From Callorhinchus milii (lineage: Eukaryota), in assembly GCF_018977255.1 (NCBI RefSeq), contig NW_024704742.1:71612001-71676000 (forward strand): a stretch of DNA of 64,000 bases, written 5' to 3'. The position numbers were made by a program, and so were the translations under genes. This document shows positions 37,751-50,180 of the stretch, in pieces. Below the pieces are notes generated by a model that saw nothing but the letters and a program-made list of their open reading frames with translations, searched no databases and had not been told where the DNA came from. Position 1 is the stretch's first letter. The number at the start of each line of letters is the position of its first letter.

Positions 37751-40154
37751 GATTTTTTAACCCCATTTCCCTGCCTTTTCCCTCATCAACACAGGTACAT
37801 CTCCACCTCCCTCTTAAGCATCTCATCTATTCTGTCTCCACAGCCTCCTAGTCATCCACTCTCGCCCCCACCCCCACCCCACATGATTCCTCATCTCACT
37901 TCAAACCATTGTAGCTAATATTGGAATCAAACCAGATGTCTATGGAGCACCAGCACAGACACGATAGGGAGAATGCAGGGAATGGGATTAGAGTAGAGAA
38001 CTCTAGTGTGGGAGTGAGCACCAGCACAGACACGATGGGGAGCCAAGGAACTTCCCCCCATGCTGTAAATGAAGCTGTAATTACCGGCTTCCTCTCTGCT
38101 GTCTGACTCGGGCCGGGGTCTCCACGCTGTGGCAGCTCGGCTGGTGGTTAATTCAACTCATTGACATCTGAGGCGAGGGGCCGGGACAGCGAGTTGTGTA
38201 TAAGAAAGAAAAACTATTTGGGAAACAAATCCATCTCTCTCCTCTCTCCTCTTTCCTCCTTTCACCTACAAAACACACAGTCACTACAATCTATGGTCAA
38301 ATTAGGTGAGACAGTTCACTGTATTTTCAAGTGTCAACAACAACAAATTGATTTATCCAGTGCCTTTTATGTCGGGAGGACGTCCCAAGTCGATAACATT
38401 CGTCTCTGAGTTAGACAGTTGTGGGTTCAAACCCCATGTCAGGGGCTCTGAGCTCACAGTCTAGTGTTGGAGGAGCCGTCCTTCAGACAAGACATTAAAC
38501 CAAGTTCCCTGTCTGTGCCCTGTTTGGGAGGACTTTAAAGATCCCGCAGGTAAAGAGAAATAAAGGGAATTTCTGTCTCCCTGTGTCCTGGCTGACAATC
38601 CCCTTAGATAAAATTGGTTCCACACTTCACGACTGTGACACTGCTTTGTGCAATTGGCTGCTGCATTTCACCTACAAAATACACAGTCACTACACTTTAC
38701 AGTTTATTCTGTGAAGCGCTTTGAGATGCCTCGACAACACAATAAGGCGTTGTATCAAATGTGAGGATTATTACTATTATGTTGCAGTAGAGGACATCAG
38801 CGCTTTGGGATGTTCTCCCGATGTGAAAGGCACTATATAAATGCAATTTGTTGCTGTTTTCGTCACTGAGGCAGATTTGCTGTCACATTTGTTCCTAGAA
38901 AGTCAATTAAATATTAAATCCTGAGTAGTGATATATAATAATCCTTGCATTTGATATAGAGCCTTATCATGTTGTCGAGATGCCTTAAAGCACTTCACAG
39001 AATATACTGTAAAGTGTAGCGACTGTATATTTTGTGGGAGAAACACGCCAGCCAATTGCGCACAGAAGTGTCCCACAAACAGTCGTTGATTGAGTGTCCA
39101 AATTATTATTATTTTTTATTGAAGGGATTATTACCACTGGAAAGCAATCCGTTGCCAATCGACTAACAACCGGTTCCTACTTACTGCTGGGTAAACAGAG
39201 GCATGTGGGGTAAGGAAACTTGCCTAAGGTTTCGCTTCACCCAGGAATTGAACCCAGGTCCTCTCGTTTTCGAGGAGAGTGCTCTCACCACTCAGCTACA
39301 GGACTCCACAATGTAAATGGAACTGTCATTGGAGTCTTTTCTCTGGATTTCTCCTGGTTTATATCCCCCCACCCTCCCCACTTTACCCCCAGATATAAAT
39401 CAATGTGTCAGCCTGTCTTGCCTTTGAGTCAGAATGTTGTGGATTCAAGTCCCACGTCAGGACTTGGAATCATATAGTCTAGAATGATACATCAATGTAG
39501 TGCTGGGTATTTGGCTACAAAATACACGATCACTATGCTTTACAGCAAATCCTGTGAAGCGCTTTGAGACGTCTCAACATGTGACAAGGTGCTATATCAA
39601 GTCCAAGGATTATTATTATTGTTAAATCCCTGCCTGGACAGACGTCTGCAGTGAAACTTAGCTGCTGCTTTATCTCTGACTGTTGTGAGCTGGTTGTGAA
39701 TCTCTTTCAGATCCCACTGTTTCTGTGTGAGAAGTTTGGGTAACCGTGAGTCTTCACTGCTCACCGCCTCTCTCTCTCTCCTCAAAGGTTTTCATTAATA
39801 TAATTATTTCAAAAGGCTCAGCCTTGGTTAATCAAGCCGACAGCTGTGTTAAGAGTATGAGTCTCTCTGTATGTGTGTGTGTGTGGGGGGGGGGGGGTGG
39901 GGTGGGGGGTTGGGGTTGGATGGTCATAGCCGGCTTTAACCCTTTCGTCTCCTGGTCAGAAGGTCACAGGTTCATACCTCCATGTCAGGGACTTGGAGCT
40001 CATATTCCAGGCTGACACTGTAGTGTGTTACTTGGGGGCAAGACAGCAATGTCGGAGGTGCCGTCCTTCATATCAGGCGATAAAATAAGTTCCCATGTTT
40101 GCCCGTTCACCTGACTGTCAGATATCTCACAAACTCACAGGGGTTTGAATCATG

Positions 40155-40505
40155 ATAACAACAACTTGCACCCCTCATGCAGGGTAAGAGTCCCAGAGCA
40201 CTTGACAGTGGTGGAGCATGATGCTGAGCTGGGGGGAAAGGGGAGGTGAGCGTAAGCACGGTCGAAGAGGAAGGTCTTTAGCCACGACCTAAAGATGGGG
40301 TAGGAGGGGGGAAAGGCGGAGGTATTGAGGGAAAGTGTTCCAGAGTTTTGGGGCATAGTGGCTGAAAGCGCAGCCACAGATGGTGGAACGGTGAACACGA
40401 TAGACATGCAGGAAACTGGAGCCAGTTGAGCAGTGATAGCAGGTAGTGGGTTCGGGAATAACCAGGTCAGAGAGGTAGGGAGGTGCCGGGGCATGAAGGG
40501 ATTTT
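40155..40505 (-). mobile_element. L2 LINE 3' fragment
   Basis: KSLHAPAPPYLSDL..STICGCAFSHYAPKLWNT. Confidence 0.8.
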
Positions 40506-40559
40506 GAACCTACAGCCCACGTGACCTCATCCCTCCAGAACACCCATCCCACTGTCCTA

Positions 40560-41300
40560 TCATCACAGTGTTCAGCCGTTTCTTAAATGAGTGTCCTGAC
40601 CTCATCCCCCTTCCTGGTAATCCTGTTCCAGTCATCAGTTACCCTCTGGGTAAAGAAATGCTTCCTGGTGTCTGTCCTGAAATTGCCCCTTTACACCTCT
40701 GAACGCATGTCCTCTTGGTCCACCGTCGTGATACATCCTAAAGTATTGATCTGGGTTAACTTTTCCACTCTCATATAAAATATCAAACCCCTCTATCAGG
40801 TCCCCTCTGAGTCACCTTGTCTCCAGACTGAAGAGCCCGAGTTTGTCTAATCGTTGCTCACAGCTCATTCCTCTAACACTAGGGATCAGCCTCGTTGCTC
40901 TCCTCTGCACTGTCTCTAGGGCCTGAGCAGCCCCTTATGTCACAGTGACCAGGACTGTCTGCAGTGTTCAAGGTGGGGCCTGACCCGAGCCCTGTCCAGT
41001 GTGACGTCTGGGGATCTGAACTCACATGATTGACAATCTAGCGTCCTGTTTGCCTTGTTTATTGCTGCCTCACACTGTGTGACATAGTGAGGGACGAGTC
41101 AACTAACACCTCGCGATCTCTCTCAGCTCCTCCTTGGCAAGTTCTGTCCCATTCGTGGAGTATTTGTGTTTCCTATTCTTGGATTCTATATGTAGTGCCT
41201 TACATTTATTAATATTAAACTTCATTTGCCAGTTATGAGCCCATGTGCACACACCCTATCAGGCTCTCTTTGTAGGACCTTTGCTGCCTCCTCTGATTCC
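40560..41300 (-). mobile_element. old CR1 LINE remnant; a plus-strand CR1 tail follows at about 41305-41670
   Basis: Minus strand gives degenerate RPHLEHCRQSWS..LETVQRRATRLI..LFSLETR..GDLI..FFTQRVTD.WN motifs. Confidence 0.7.
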
Positions 41301-41997
41301 AGTGATTTTTTCACACAGAGTTTAGTGGAAATCTCTCCCCAAAAGGCTGTTGATGTTGGGTTCATTCAAATTTACAAGACTGAGGTGGATAGATGTTTGT
41401 TAAGTCAAGGTATCAAGGGATATGGGGCAAAGGCAGGTAATTGAACTTGAGGTACAAATCAGCCATGATTTTATAGCTGGCTCCCCCCCACACCCCGGCT
41501 GTGTATTACAAGAGCCGGGGCCCACCCACCCCGGCTCGGAGTCAGGCTCCTCCATTGTTATGCGCTCTGAGATGCTACCCTGCGTGGAGAGCGCTATATA
41601 AGTGCAAAGTGTTGTTATTATAGAATGGCTGAACAGGCTCAAGGGCCTGAATGGCCTACTCTGGTTCCTATATTACTATATTCCATAGTTCCCTCCAACT
41701 TGGTGTCCATGACTTGCCCTTGATATGCAATGACTACAATCTGTGAAGTAATCTTTCATGTGGTACTTTGTCAAACGCCTTTTGGAAGACAAGATATGCT
41801 ATGTTATATGGCTTCCCACAGACACTTTGGCTAGACGATAGCCAATATGGATTCAGAAAGGTAGGCAAACATTTCTGAATCTGTGTTGGCTGTCGTTTTT
41901 TAGGTTAATTTTAAGTAAGTAATTTTCCACTTCCTTTCTGATCATTTATTCCATCATTTTCCTACTATTCAACTCAGGCTAATGGGCAACACATGCC

Positions 41998-42480
41998 ATG
42001 TGTTACTGGCTATAACTGTATGCTATATGATAACACATTGTGTGTTACTGGCTATAACACTATTATATGATAACACCTTGTGTGTTACTGGTTATAACTA
42101 TTATATGATAACACCTTGTGTGTTACTGGCTATCACACTATCATATGATAACACACTGTGTGTTACTGGTTATAACACTATTATATGATAACACCTTGTG
42201 TGTTACTGGCTATCACACTATCATATGATAACACACTGTGTGTTACTGGTTATAACTATTATATGATAACACCTTGTGTGTTACTGGCTATCACACTATC
42301 ATATGATAACACACTGTGTGTTACTGGCTATAACACTATTATATGATAACACCTTGTGTGTTACTGGCTATAACACTATTATATGATAACACCTTGTGTG
42401 TTACTGGCTATAACACTATTATATGATAACACACTGTGTATTACTGGCTATAACACTGTATTATATGATAACACACTGTG
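41998..42480. repeat. AT-rich ~40-bp minisatellite, about 12 copies
   Basis: Unit tgtgttactggctataacactattatatgataacaccttg with small variants. Confidence 0.93.
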
Positions 42481-42835
42481 TCAGCGGAGTCAGTGTCTGG
42501 AATAATAATGAGTGTTGCTCATAGGTAGAGCGAGTGTTGTTGAGGCTTGCCCTTGAAGGGTTAACCCCTCAATTGTCTCTTGTGCTAATGTCAGCAAGGT
42601 TAATAGATCGAGCTGCTTAGTCAGGGATGGATGAGCAATGTGCAATTCCTCTTCTCCCTCACTGTCTCTTCCGCCGGCCCCCTCCCCCCGCCTGCAGCTC
42701 CCTCCCCCGCAGCCCCCTCCTCCGCAGTCCCCTCTCCTGCAGGCCTCCCCCACACCCCCCCCAACCGCAGCCCTCTTCCACACCCGTAGCCCCCTCCGCC
42801 GCAGCTCCCTCCCCCGCCCACAGCCCCCTCCCCTT

Positions 42836-43073
42836 TGCTGAGATGACCTTTCGTGCCTCTTGGCGTGTGAGAGTGGCGCTGGGGGGTGCTGACCCCAGGC
42901 GATTTGGGGTTCAGCGTAGGGCAGCCCGGCTCAGCGATATGATGGACTCAGCCGCCTGTGCACGAGGGGGCTATGGGGGGGGTTGGCGTGCCATGTGAGG
43001 CTGCCCCAGGGTCAGCCAGACCCGCTGTGAGGTCACTGCGCTTCACTCGGGGTCAGCACGGGTTAAGTGAACT
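42836..43073. promoter_or_regulatory. candidate enhancer: cluster of nuclear-receptor half-sites and Maf half-sites in a GC-rich island
   Basis: Seven RGKTCA half-sites in 230 bp including a near-DR5 at 43050-43066; three TGCTGA motifs. Confidence 0.4.
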
Positions 43074-43499
43074 CACAAAGCCTCAATTTGTATCTGACTC
43101 TCACTGTGGCGTTACTGAGTGAAGCCAGCCAGTCACTGGCTGAGACTGAATACCCTTCACATTGACTGAGACTCACACACGCCTTACAGCACACGGGAAA
43201 ATTGTTCCCCACTGGAGCTCTCAACTCTAATCCCATTCCCTGCTTTCTCCCCATCATGTCTGCTGGTGTTCGCCTCCCTACTGGAGCCCTCTATTCCATG
43301 TGGAAACCCATCACCGTCCTTCAGTCTCCCAACCAGACTGATAGTCCCACATGTGTATGTCACCTACACATAGAAATTTCCCTGCGTCTGAAATGAAATG
43401 TGCGCTCTCTCCCTGGAGGGACACATCCTGTTTATCTAATTCCAGAATATTAGGCGGAGGTTGGCAAGAGCCAAGGCTTGGGGACCCCAGAGTATGCGT

Positions 43500-44580
43500 T
43501 GGGGTAACTGCAGGAGTCGAAGCAGCTAAAACCACATAACTTACCATTGAGAATGCTGTCTGATAGGCTTTCCCGCTGCTCGTCCAGTTAGCACCACTCT
43601 ACCCGTTAGGGCTTTGGCTTGCAGGGTTAGCAGGAGCTGCGTGGGAAGATTTACTTCTTTTACTTTTGGTTACCTTCCCAACAACCCCCCCAACACCCCG
43701 CCACCCCCCCCCCCCACACACACACACCCTCCTTAGCTCTAAGTGAGCTGTGTGAAGCCTCTGAACATCCTCATGATGTGTAAGGAAGCCTCTGTGTGAG
43801 TGTAAATTGTATCTATCTGACTGCCAATAACAGTTTATATTTCACGTTGGGAGCTCAGACTCACACCCTGCAAAAGCCCACACTCAGCCACACAGTGAAA
43901 ACCAGCAGATTGTGTCTGGGGGATGGTTGGCCAGGACATCAACAGAGAGGAACTCCCTTCACTTTACCAACAGCACCGCAGGTTCTTTAACATCCACTGA
44001 ACAGACGAAAGATGGCGCTTCCGACAATGCGGGCTCCTCCTAGCACTAAGGTGGGAGGCAGCCTGGACTGTGAGCTCCGATCCCGAGCAGGTGAGGGCTG
44101 GAGGGAGTGGGGGGGGATGGTGCGGGAGGAAGGCTTGAACCCACAACCTTCTGACCTCGAGACGGAGCCACGCTGAGATCACAGGTACAGAGAGACAAGC
44201 AGAGAGTTTGAGATGGAACATGGGTGTTGTGCAAATGGCTCAGACACACAGAGCAAAGAGTGGGGGTTGGGGGGGTGGGAGGGAAAGATGGGGGAGGGTG
44301 TGAGGGGAACAATGGCTGGCAGGTGTGAGTGCTCCAAAGCTGGACAGATTTGGGTGACCTTCTGCCCGGGAGCAAGGACAGTGAGATAGCTGGAGCTCAG
44401 ACACTCTGGGCGCATCTTGGATACTGGCCCACTCCATCCCAGGCTTATCTTGGTCTCTCCCGATTCTCTGTGCTGGCACACTAACAAGTGGAGCCTGGCT
44501 CCACACACCTCGCCCTTCATACACACTCTTCACTGCTCCACTCCAATTAATAATAATAATACTCCTTGCACTTGATATCG
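43500..44580 (-). repeat. copy 2 (inverted) of the ~1.1-kb duplication
   Basis: Reverse complement of 24975-26075 with a few substitutions and a 25-bp deletion. Confidence 0.95.
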
Positions 44581-44928
44581 TGTCTTATCAAGTCGTTGAG
44601 ACGTCTCAAAGCGCTTCACAGAATATACTGTAAAGTGGATTAACTGTTTTTTGCAGGTGAGACGTGGCAGACAATCACGCACAGCAGTGTCCCACAAACA
44701 TTCATGGTTTTAGTGACTTTTTTTTGAGGGATTATTATCCCTGGAAAGTGAACCGCCAATCAACTAGCAATTTACTGCTTCGTAAACAGGCATGTGGAGT
44801 AGGAATTCTTGGCTAAGGTTTCACCCTGCCCTGGAATCGAACCCGGATCCTCTCACTTGCGAGGTGAATGCTACAGGACTCCAAAAATTAACCTGAATCA
44901 ATGCTCACCCACGGCTACGGAATGGGAT

Positions 44929-45791
44929 TTTGGATGAGATGTTAAACTGAGGTCCAGTCTTTGCCTGTTCAGGTCATGTTAAAGATCTTGCAGTGTTGTC
45001 AGGAAAAAACAAGGGAATTAATTCCAGCGGGGAATGGAATTAGAGTAGATAGCTCCAGTGGGGAGCGAGCACCAGCACAGACACGATGGGGAGAGAGCAG
45101 GAGATGGGAGTAGAGTAGAGAGCTCCAGTGGGGAGCGAGCACCAGCTCTGCGCTGAATTGGGTTATTCTGAGAATCTTGTGTTTGCTCTCCGCTAAGATT
45201 AATTCCTGGCCCCAAACAACGTGATGGGTTTGGTGTCTCTTGGGCTGGTGCTCACTGTTCTTGCTCTTGATAAACAGCACAGATAGAAAGCTTGTAACAG
45301 TCGGACTCTGATACCAGGCTTGGGCTTTGTCCCCGTCTCTCCTGTGGGATAAGATATCCTGAGTTTCTCACAGTTGCTCCAAGGACACAGAGATTTGTTC
45401 ATTCCAGAAACTCCCTCTGAAACTTGTTGTACCTGTTTTTTTTCCACCCAAAAATGTGTTCCAACCCCCCCACCCACCCATAATCTCCCCTACCCCTCAC
45501 ACTCTCCCCCCCACCACCCCCCGCTCCCATTTATTCCAGTTGTTCAGGGGACGGAGTTGTGATACTTTATGATACTTACAAACCATACTGGAGCTCTCTA
45601 CTCTAATCTCATTCCCTGCTCTCTCTCCCCATCGTGTCTGTGCTGGTGCTCACTCCCCCACTGGAGCTCTCTACTCTAATTCCATTCCCTGCTGGAATTA
45701 ATTCCCTTGTTTTTTCCTTACAACACTGCAAGATCTTTAACATTCACCTGAACAGGCAAAGGCTGGACCTCAGTTTAACGTCTCATCCAAA
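44929..45791. repeat. local inverted duplication: ~200-bp arms 44929-45129 and 45587-45791 around a ~455-bp spacer
   Basis: Both arms share the same chimeric junction of a Deu-core fragment with the ggagctctctactctaat repeat unit. Confidence 0.85.
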
Positions 45792-48700
45792 GGACAGTGC
45801 CTCTGACCATGCAACATTCCCGAGCACTGTACTGGAGAGTCAACCTAGACTGTGAGCTCAGAGTCACTGACATTGGCCTTGAACTCACTGACTCAGATGC
45901 CCACTGAGAGAGCCTGATTCAAATAAGTAAATCAATAAATAAATAGAAGGGGTGTAGGAATCTGGATGTGGTATTTGCATATAAAGAAACAGTCACTGAA
46001 TTTGACAGTAATTATAATGATAGTAGCAATCCTGTATGTTATATAGCACGTTATCAGGTCGGTGAGATGTCTCAAAGTGCTTCACAGAATATGCTGTAAA
46101 GTGGAGTGATTATATTTTGTGAGCGAAATGTGGCATCCAATTGTGCACAGCAGTGTCCCACAAGGGATTATTGAAGGGATTATTACCCCCGAAAAGTGAT
46201 ATGCTAATCGACTAACAACTGGGTTCCTACTTACTGCTGGGTAAACAGAGGAGTGTGGAGTAAGGAATCTTGCCTAAGGTTTCACCCCACCCAGCTCCTC
46301 TCACTGGTGAGGTGAGCGCACTAACTGCTGTGCTATGGGACTAAGTCAGTGAAAACGTTACAAAAATGATGCAGGGACTAGTGTCAAGTAGTTGAGCAGT
46401 GAGAGACATCCTGGGCAGAGAGCTGGTAATGAAGGGGTTAAACTCACAGCGTTTGATAAATATGGTTGACGGTGCTGGAGTGCAGAGAGCGAGCGAGCAA
46501 GGGCGAGAGAGAAGTGAGAGAGACAGAGAGAGGGGGGGGAGATGAGAGAGAGCGAGAGGGAGGATGGGGCTGAGAGTGAGAAAGATGGAGGTGGTTGTGG
46601 CCTGGAGGCCTGGACCTCTGGACTGTTGCCATCTCTGGATCACCCGGAACCAGCACACAGAAGCTCATATGCAACACAGATGTTCTCAGAGTGAATGCAG
46701 GAGGGGAACGAGATTCACTCAGCGGGGGTTGGGGGGTAGGCGCCGACAGCCCCCTCCCTGTCAGCTCCTTACATAGGGCGGGAAGGGAGCTCCAGACCAC
46801 CTCACAACAGCTCGCACTTACACTGGGTGACTCGGAGCGCCTCACAACGACTCACACTTAATAATATTAATCTTTCCATTTGATATAGGGCATTGTCACT
46901 TCATGAGATGTTTCAAAACACTTCACAGAATATAATAATAATAATCCTTGCATTTGATATAGCGCTTTTCACGTCTTCTAGACATCCCAAAGCGCTTCAC
47001 AGAATATACTGTAAAGTGAATTGACTGTATATTTGTAGACGAACGCGGCAGCCAATTGCGCACAGCAGCGTCCCACAAACGGTCATGGATTGAAAATGAC
47101 CAATTTATTATTGTTTTGTTTTGGAGGGATTATTATTAGGCGTGTGGAGTAATGGCGGTTAGAGGGGTGTGGGAGAGGGGGACAGGTGGGCAACAACAAT
47201 AACAATTCATCCGTTCTTCAGATGAGACGTTAAACCAAGCTCCCGTTTCTCTCTCCTAGTGTCCTGGCCAACAATCCCCCAGATAAAACTGGTCATTCAC
47301 TTTGTGACTGTTTGTGGGACGCTGCTGTGCGCAATTGGCTGCCGCTTTTCTCCCACAAAATATACAGTCAATTCACTTTACAGTATATTCTGTGAAGCGC
47401 TTTGAGGTGTCTCGAAGACATGATAAGGTGCTATATGAAATGCAAGGATTATTATTATTATTATTTTGTCGAGTCAAGTCTCAGAGCATTGCAGTGTCAG
47501 GGACTGACAGAGAGCGAGGTGGAGGGGGGAGGGGGAAGTGATCATAGCGAGGTCAGACACAGCAGTAAAGTGGAAGTCACCCAGATGTGAGCTTATTGGC
47601 CCAGATGTGGAGCTCAAACCCACAACCTTCTGACCCAGAGGTGAGAGCGAAATTGCCCGAGCCAGACTGACATCTCATTTCTTGAAACAAAACACAGGAA
47701 GGTTATTTTGGAATGGCAGACATTGATTTCTTTCCTAAAACAACCAAGTGGATTAAGGCACGCTTGTGTTGTGGAGAAGGAAATGTTAAGACTATTTACT
47801 TTAGTGGAAACACTGACTGAGACCTCAGTCCCCACTCCATCCCTGGCTTCCTCTCAGCCTCAACACGCCGAGGGCATGGAAACCCAGCAACTCGCCACAC
47901 ACATACACACACACACACACACACAGTCAAATCATGCCTCTGGGTGAACAGCAGAGAGAGAGGGGGAGGGTGCCAGAGGGAGAGGGCAGAGGAAAAGAGA
48001 GGCAAAGAAAGAAGGGGAGGCAGATAAAGAGAAAGAGGAGAACAGAGAGAGGCAGGGACAGAGAGAGAAGGCAGAGAGACAGAGAGAGTGATAGGAGCAC
48101 AGAGAGGCAGAGAGAGAGATGGAGAGAAAGGGAGACAGAGAGGCATGAGAGAGAAATAAAAAGAGAGGTGGAGAGAGTTATAGAGAGGGAAAAGGCGAAA
48201 GAAAATTCACTTTCTCTAACCAATTTCTCTCTGTCTCTTTTCTTTCTTGTTCACTCAGTCTCTCCACAATCTGTCTAGTTCTCTCTCTATCCAAACCCTA
48301 CCCTTCTCCTGGGTTGGGGGGGAGGGACGATGGTATTAAGCAGGTTTTCCTTGGAGCTGAACTGGCTCCATGGTGACATGGCAACGGAATGACGGAATCA
48401 AGTCCAACCTCTGTGATGGTCTCTAGTCGGGATCCTGAGCCAAGTGGGTCCGCAGTATTCCAGGGCACTGCTGATGGCAGTACAGCCCAGCCTGGCTCAT
48501 CACCAGGACCTGGAAGGGCAGACCAGTCACTGGGGGCAGGGAATCCTCCCGCTCAGCTCCCGTTAACCCTGCAAACCAAAGCCCTAATGGATAGTCTGGT
48601 CCTAGCTGGACAAGTACTCTTTTCTCTCTCTTTCTGTCTTTCTCTATCTTTCTATCTCATTATGTCTCTCAAACTTTCCCCTTCTCTCTTTTTCTCTCCT

Positions 48701-49659
48701 AACCTTTCTCCCTGTCTGTCTCTCCCTCTATCTTTCTATCTCATTTTCTCTCTCCTGAACTTTTTTCTCTCTCCCTGCCTGCCTGTCTGCCTGTCTCTCT
48801 CTCTCTCTCTCGGTTTCTCTCCAACCTTTCTCTCTCTCTCTCTCTGCCTCTATCTTTCTATCTCTCCCTCTCCGCCTGGATCGTTGTCAGACTCCGCCAC
48901 TCTGAAGCACTCAGAGACGCTACTCTGTGTGAAGGGCGCAATATCAATGCAAGTTGTCGTTCTTGTATCTCATTCTAGGAACATAAGAATTGCTAGATAA
49001 AAAAATGCCAAGGTCCATCTGGTTTGCCTCCTGCCATCCTGGTAGTCACACGCTACAATAATGCCAATGTTGATAACAATTAATTCTGTATGGATTAGAC
49101 AACAGCACAGTGGAAACCTTTGGGAACCTTAGATACAAAGTTGCCTGGTTCTTCCAAGCCATACGCTTACTATATGTCATGTCTCACATTCCTCATATAC
49201 TGTACCCAAAATATTATGTCCTAAAAGAAATCTGTCAAATTTATTTTTGAATGAATTCTCTCTCCACGCTTTCTCTCTCTCGAACCTTTCTCTCTCTCGG
49301 TACTTTCCACAATTAGATAAGCACGAAGTGTCCCTGTAGGGACAGAATGCTCATTCTGTTCCAAGAATCTGTCTCTGGGATTTCCATGTGTAAGTGGGGT
49401 GTATTGGAATTCTCAACTTGGTTTGGATACTCTTAAGCATGATGATGAGTTTCTGCATACGTCAGAAAACCCAGCTGACCCAAAAAAAATCTCTGTCTCT
49501 CCCTCTATCTTTCTATCCCTTTCACTCTCTCAAAGCTTTCTCTCATTCTTTTTATCTCTTGATTCTCCCCAAACTTACCACCCCATCTCTCTTTCTGTTG
49601 CTCTCCAAGTTTTCTCTTTATCTTTCTGTCTCCCAGCCTTTCTTTCTCTCTCTCTCTTC

Positions 49660-50180
49660 ATTCAGAACTCTGCAGCTCGTGTACTGTCCCGCACCAGGCC
49701 TCGCTCGCCTCCACTGGTTTCCCATCCCCCAGAGGATCGAATTCAAGATCCTCATCCTCACCTACAAGGCCATTCACGGCCTCGCTCCCTCCTACCTCTC
49801 CGACCTACTATCCCCCTACCTACCTGCCCGTACCCTCCATTCCTCTGGCTCCAGTCTGCTCCACATCCCCCGCCCCAACCGCCCTACCGTCGGTGGCCGG
49901 ACCTTCAGCCTCTCAGCCCCGAGGCTCTGGAACTCTATCCCCCAGTGCCTTCGCCGCCTCCTCCCTTTCCTCCTTCAAGGCCGGTCTCAAGACCTTTCTC
50001 TTTGACCGTGCCTTTAGCTCCCCTCTCGACTCTCTACCCCCTCCTCGCTCCCTCCCTTCCCTCCCCTCACCCTGACCATTTCCCCACTGCTCGGGTCCTG
50101 ACCCAACTGTACAGCGCCTTGGGACGTCCTCCCGACGTGAAAGGCGCTCTATAAATGGAATCTTGTTGTAGTTGTTGTTG
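49660..50180 (+). mobile_element. L2 LINE 3' fragment
   Basis: IQNSAARVL..LHWFPIPQRIEFKILILTYKAIHGLAPSYLSDLL..GGRTFSLSAPRLWNSIP, tail with (TTG)n. Confidence 0.9.

Noticed and set aside
41998..42480. CRISPR-like array (also 2983-3492 and 52375-52790)
   Set aside because: Head-to-tail tandem units with no unique spacers, in a vertebrate locus with no cas genes.
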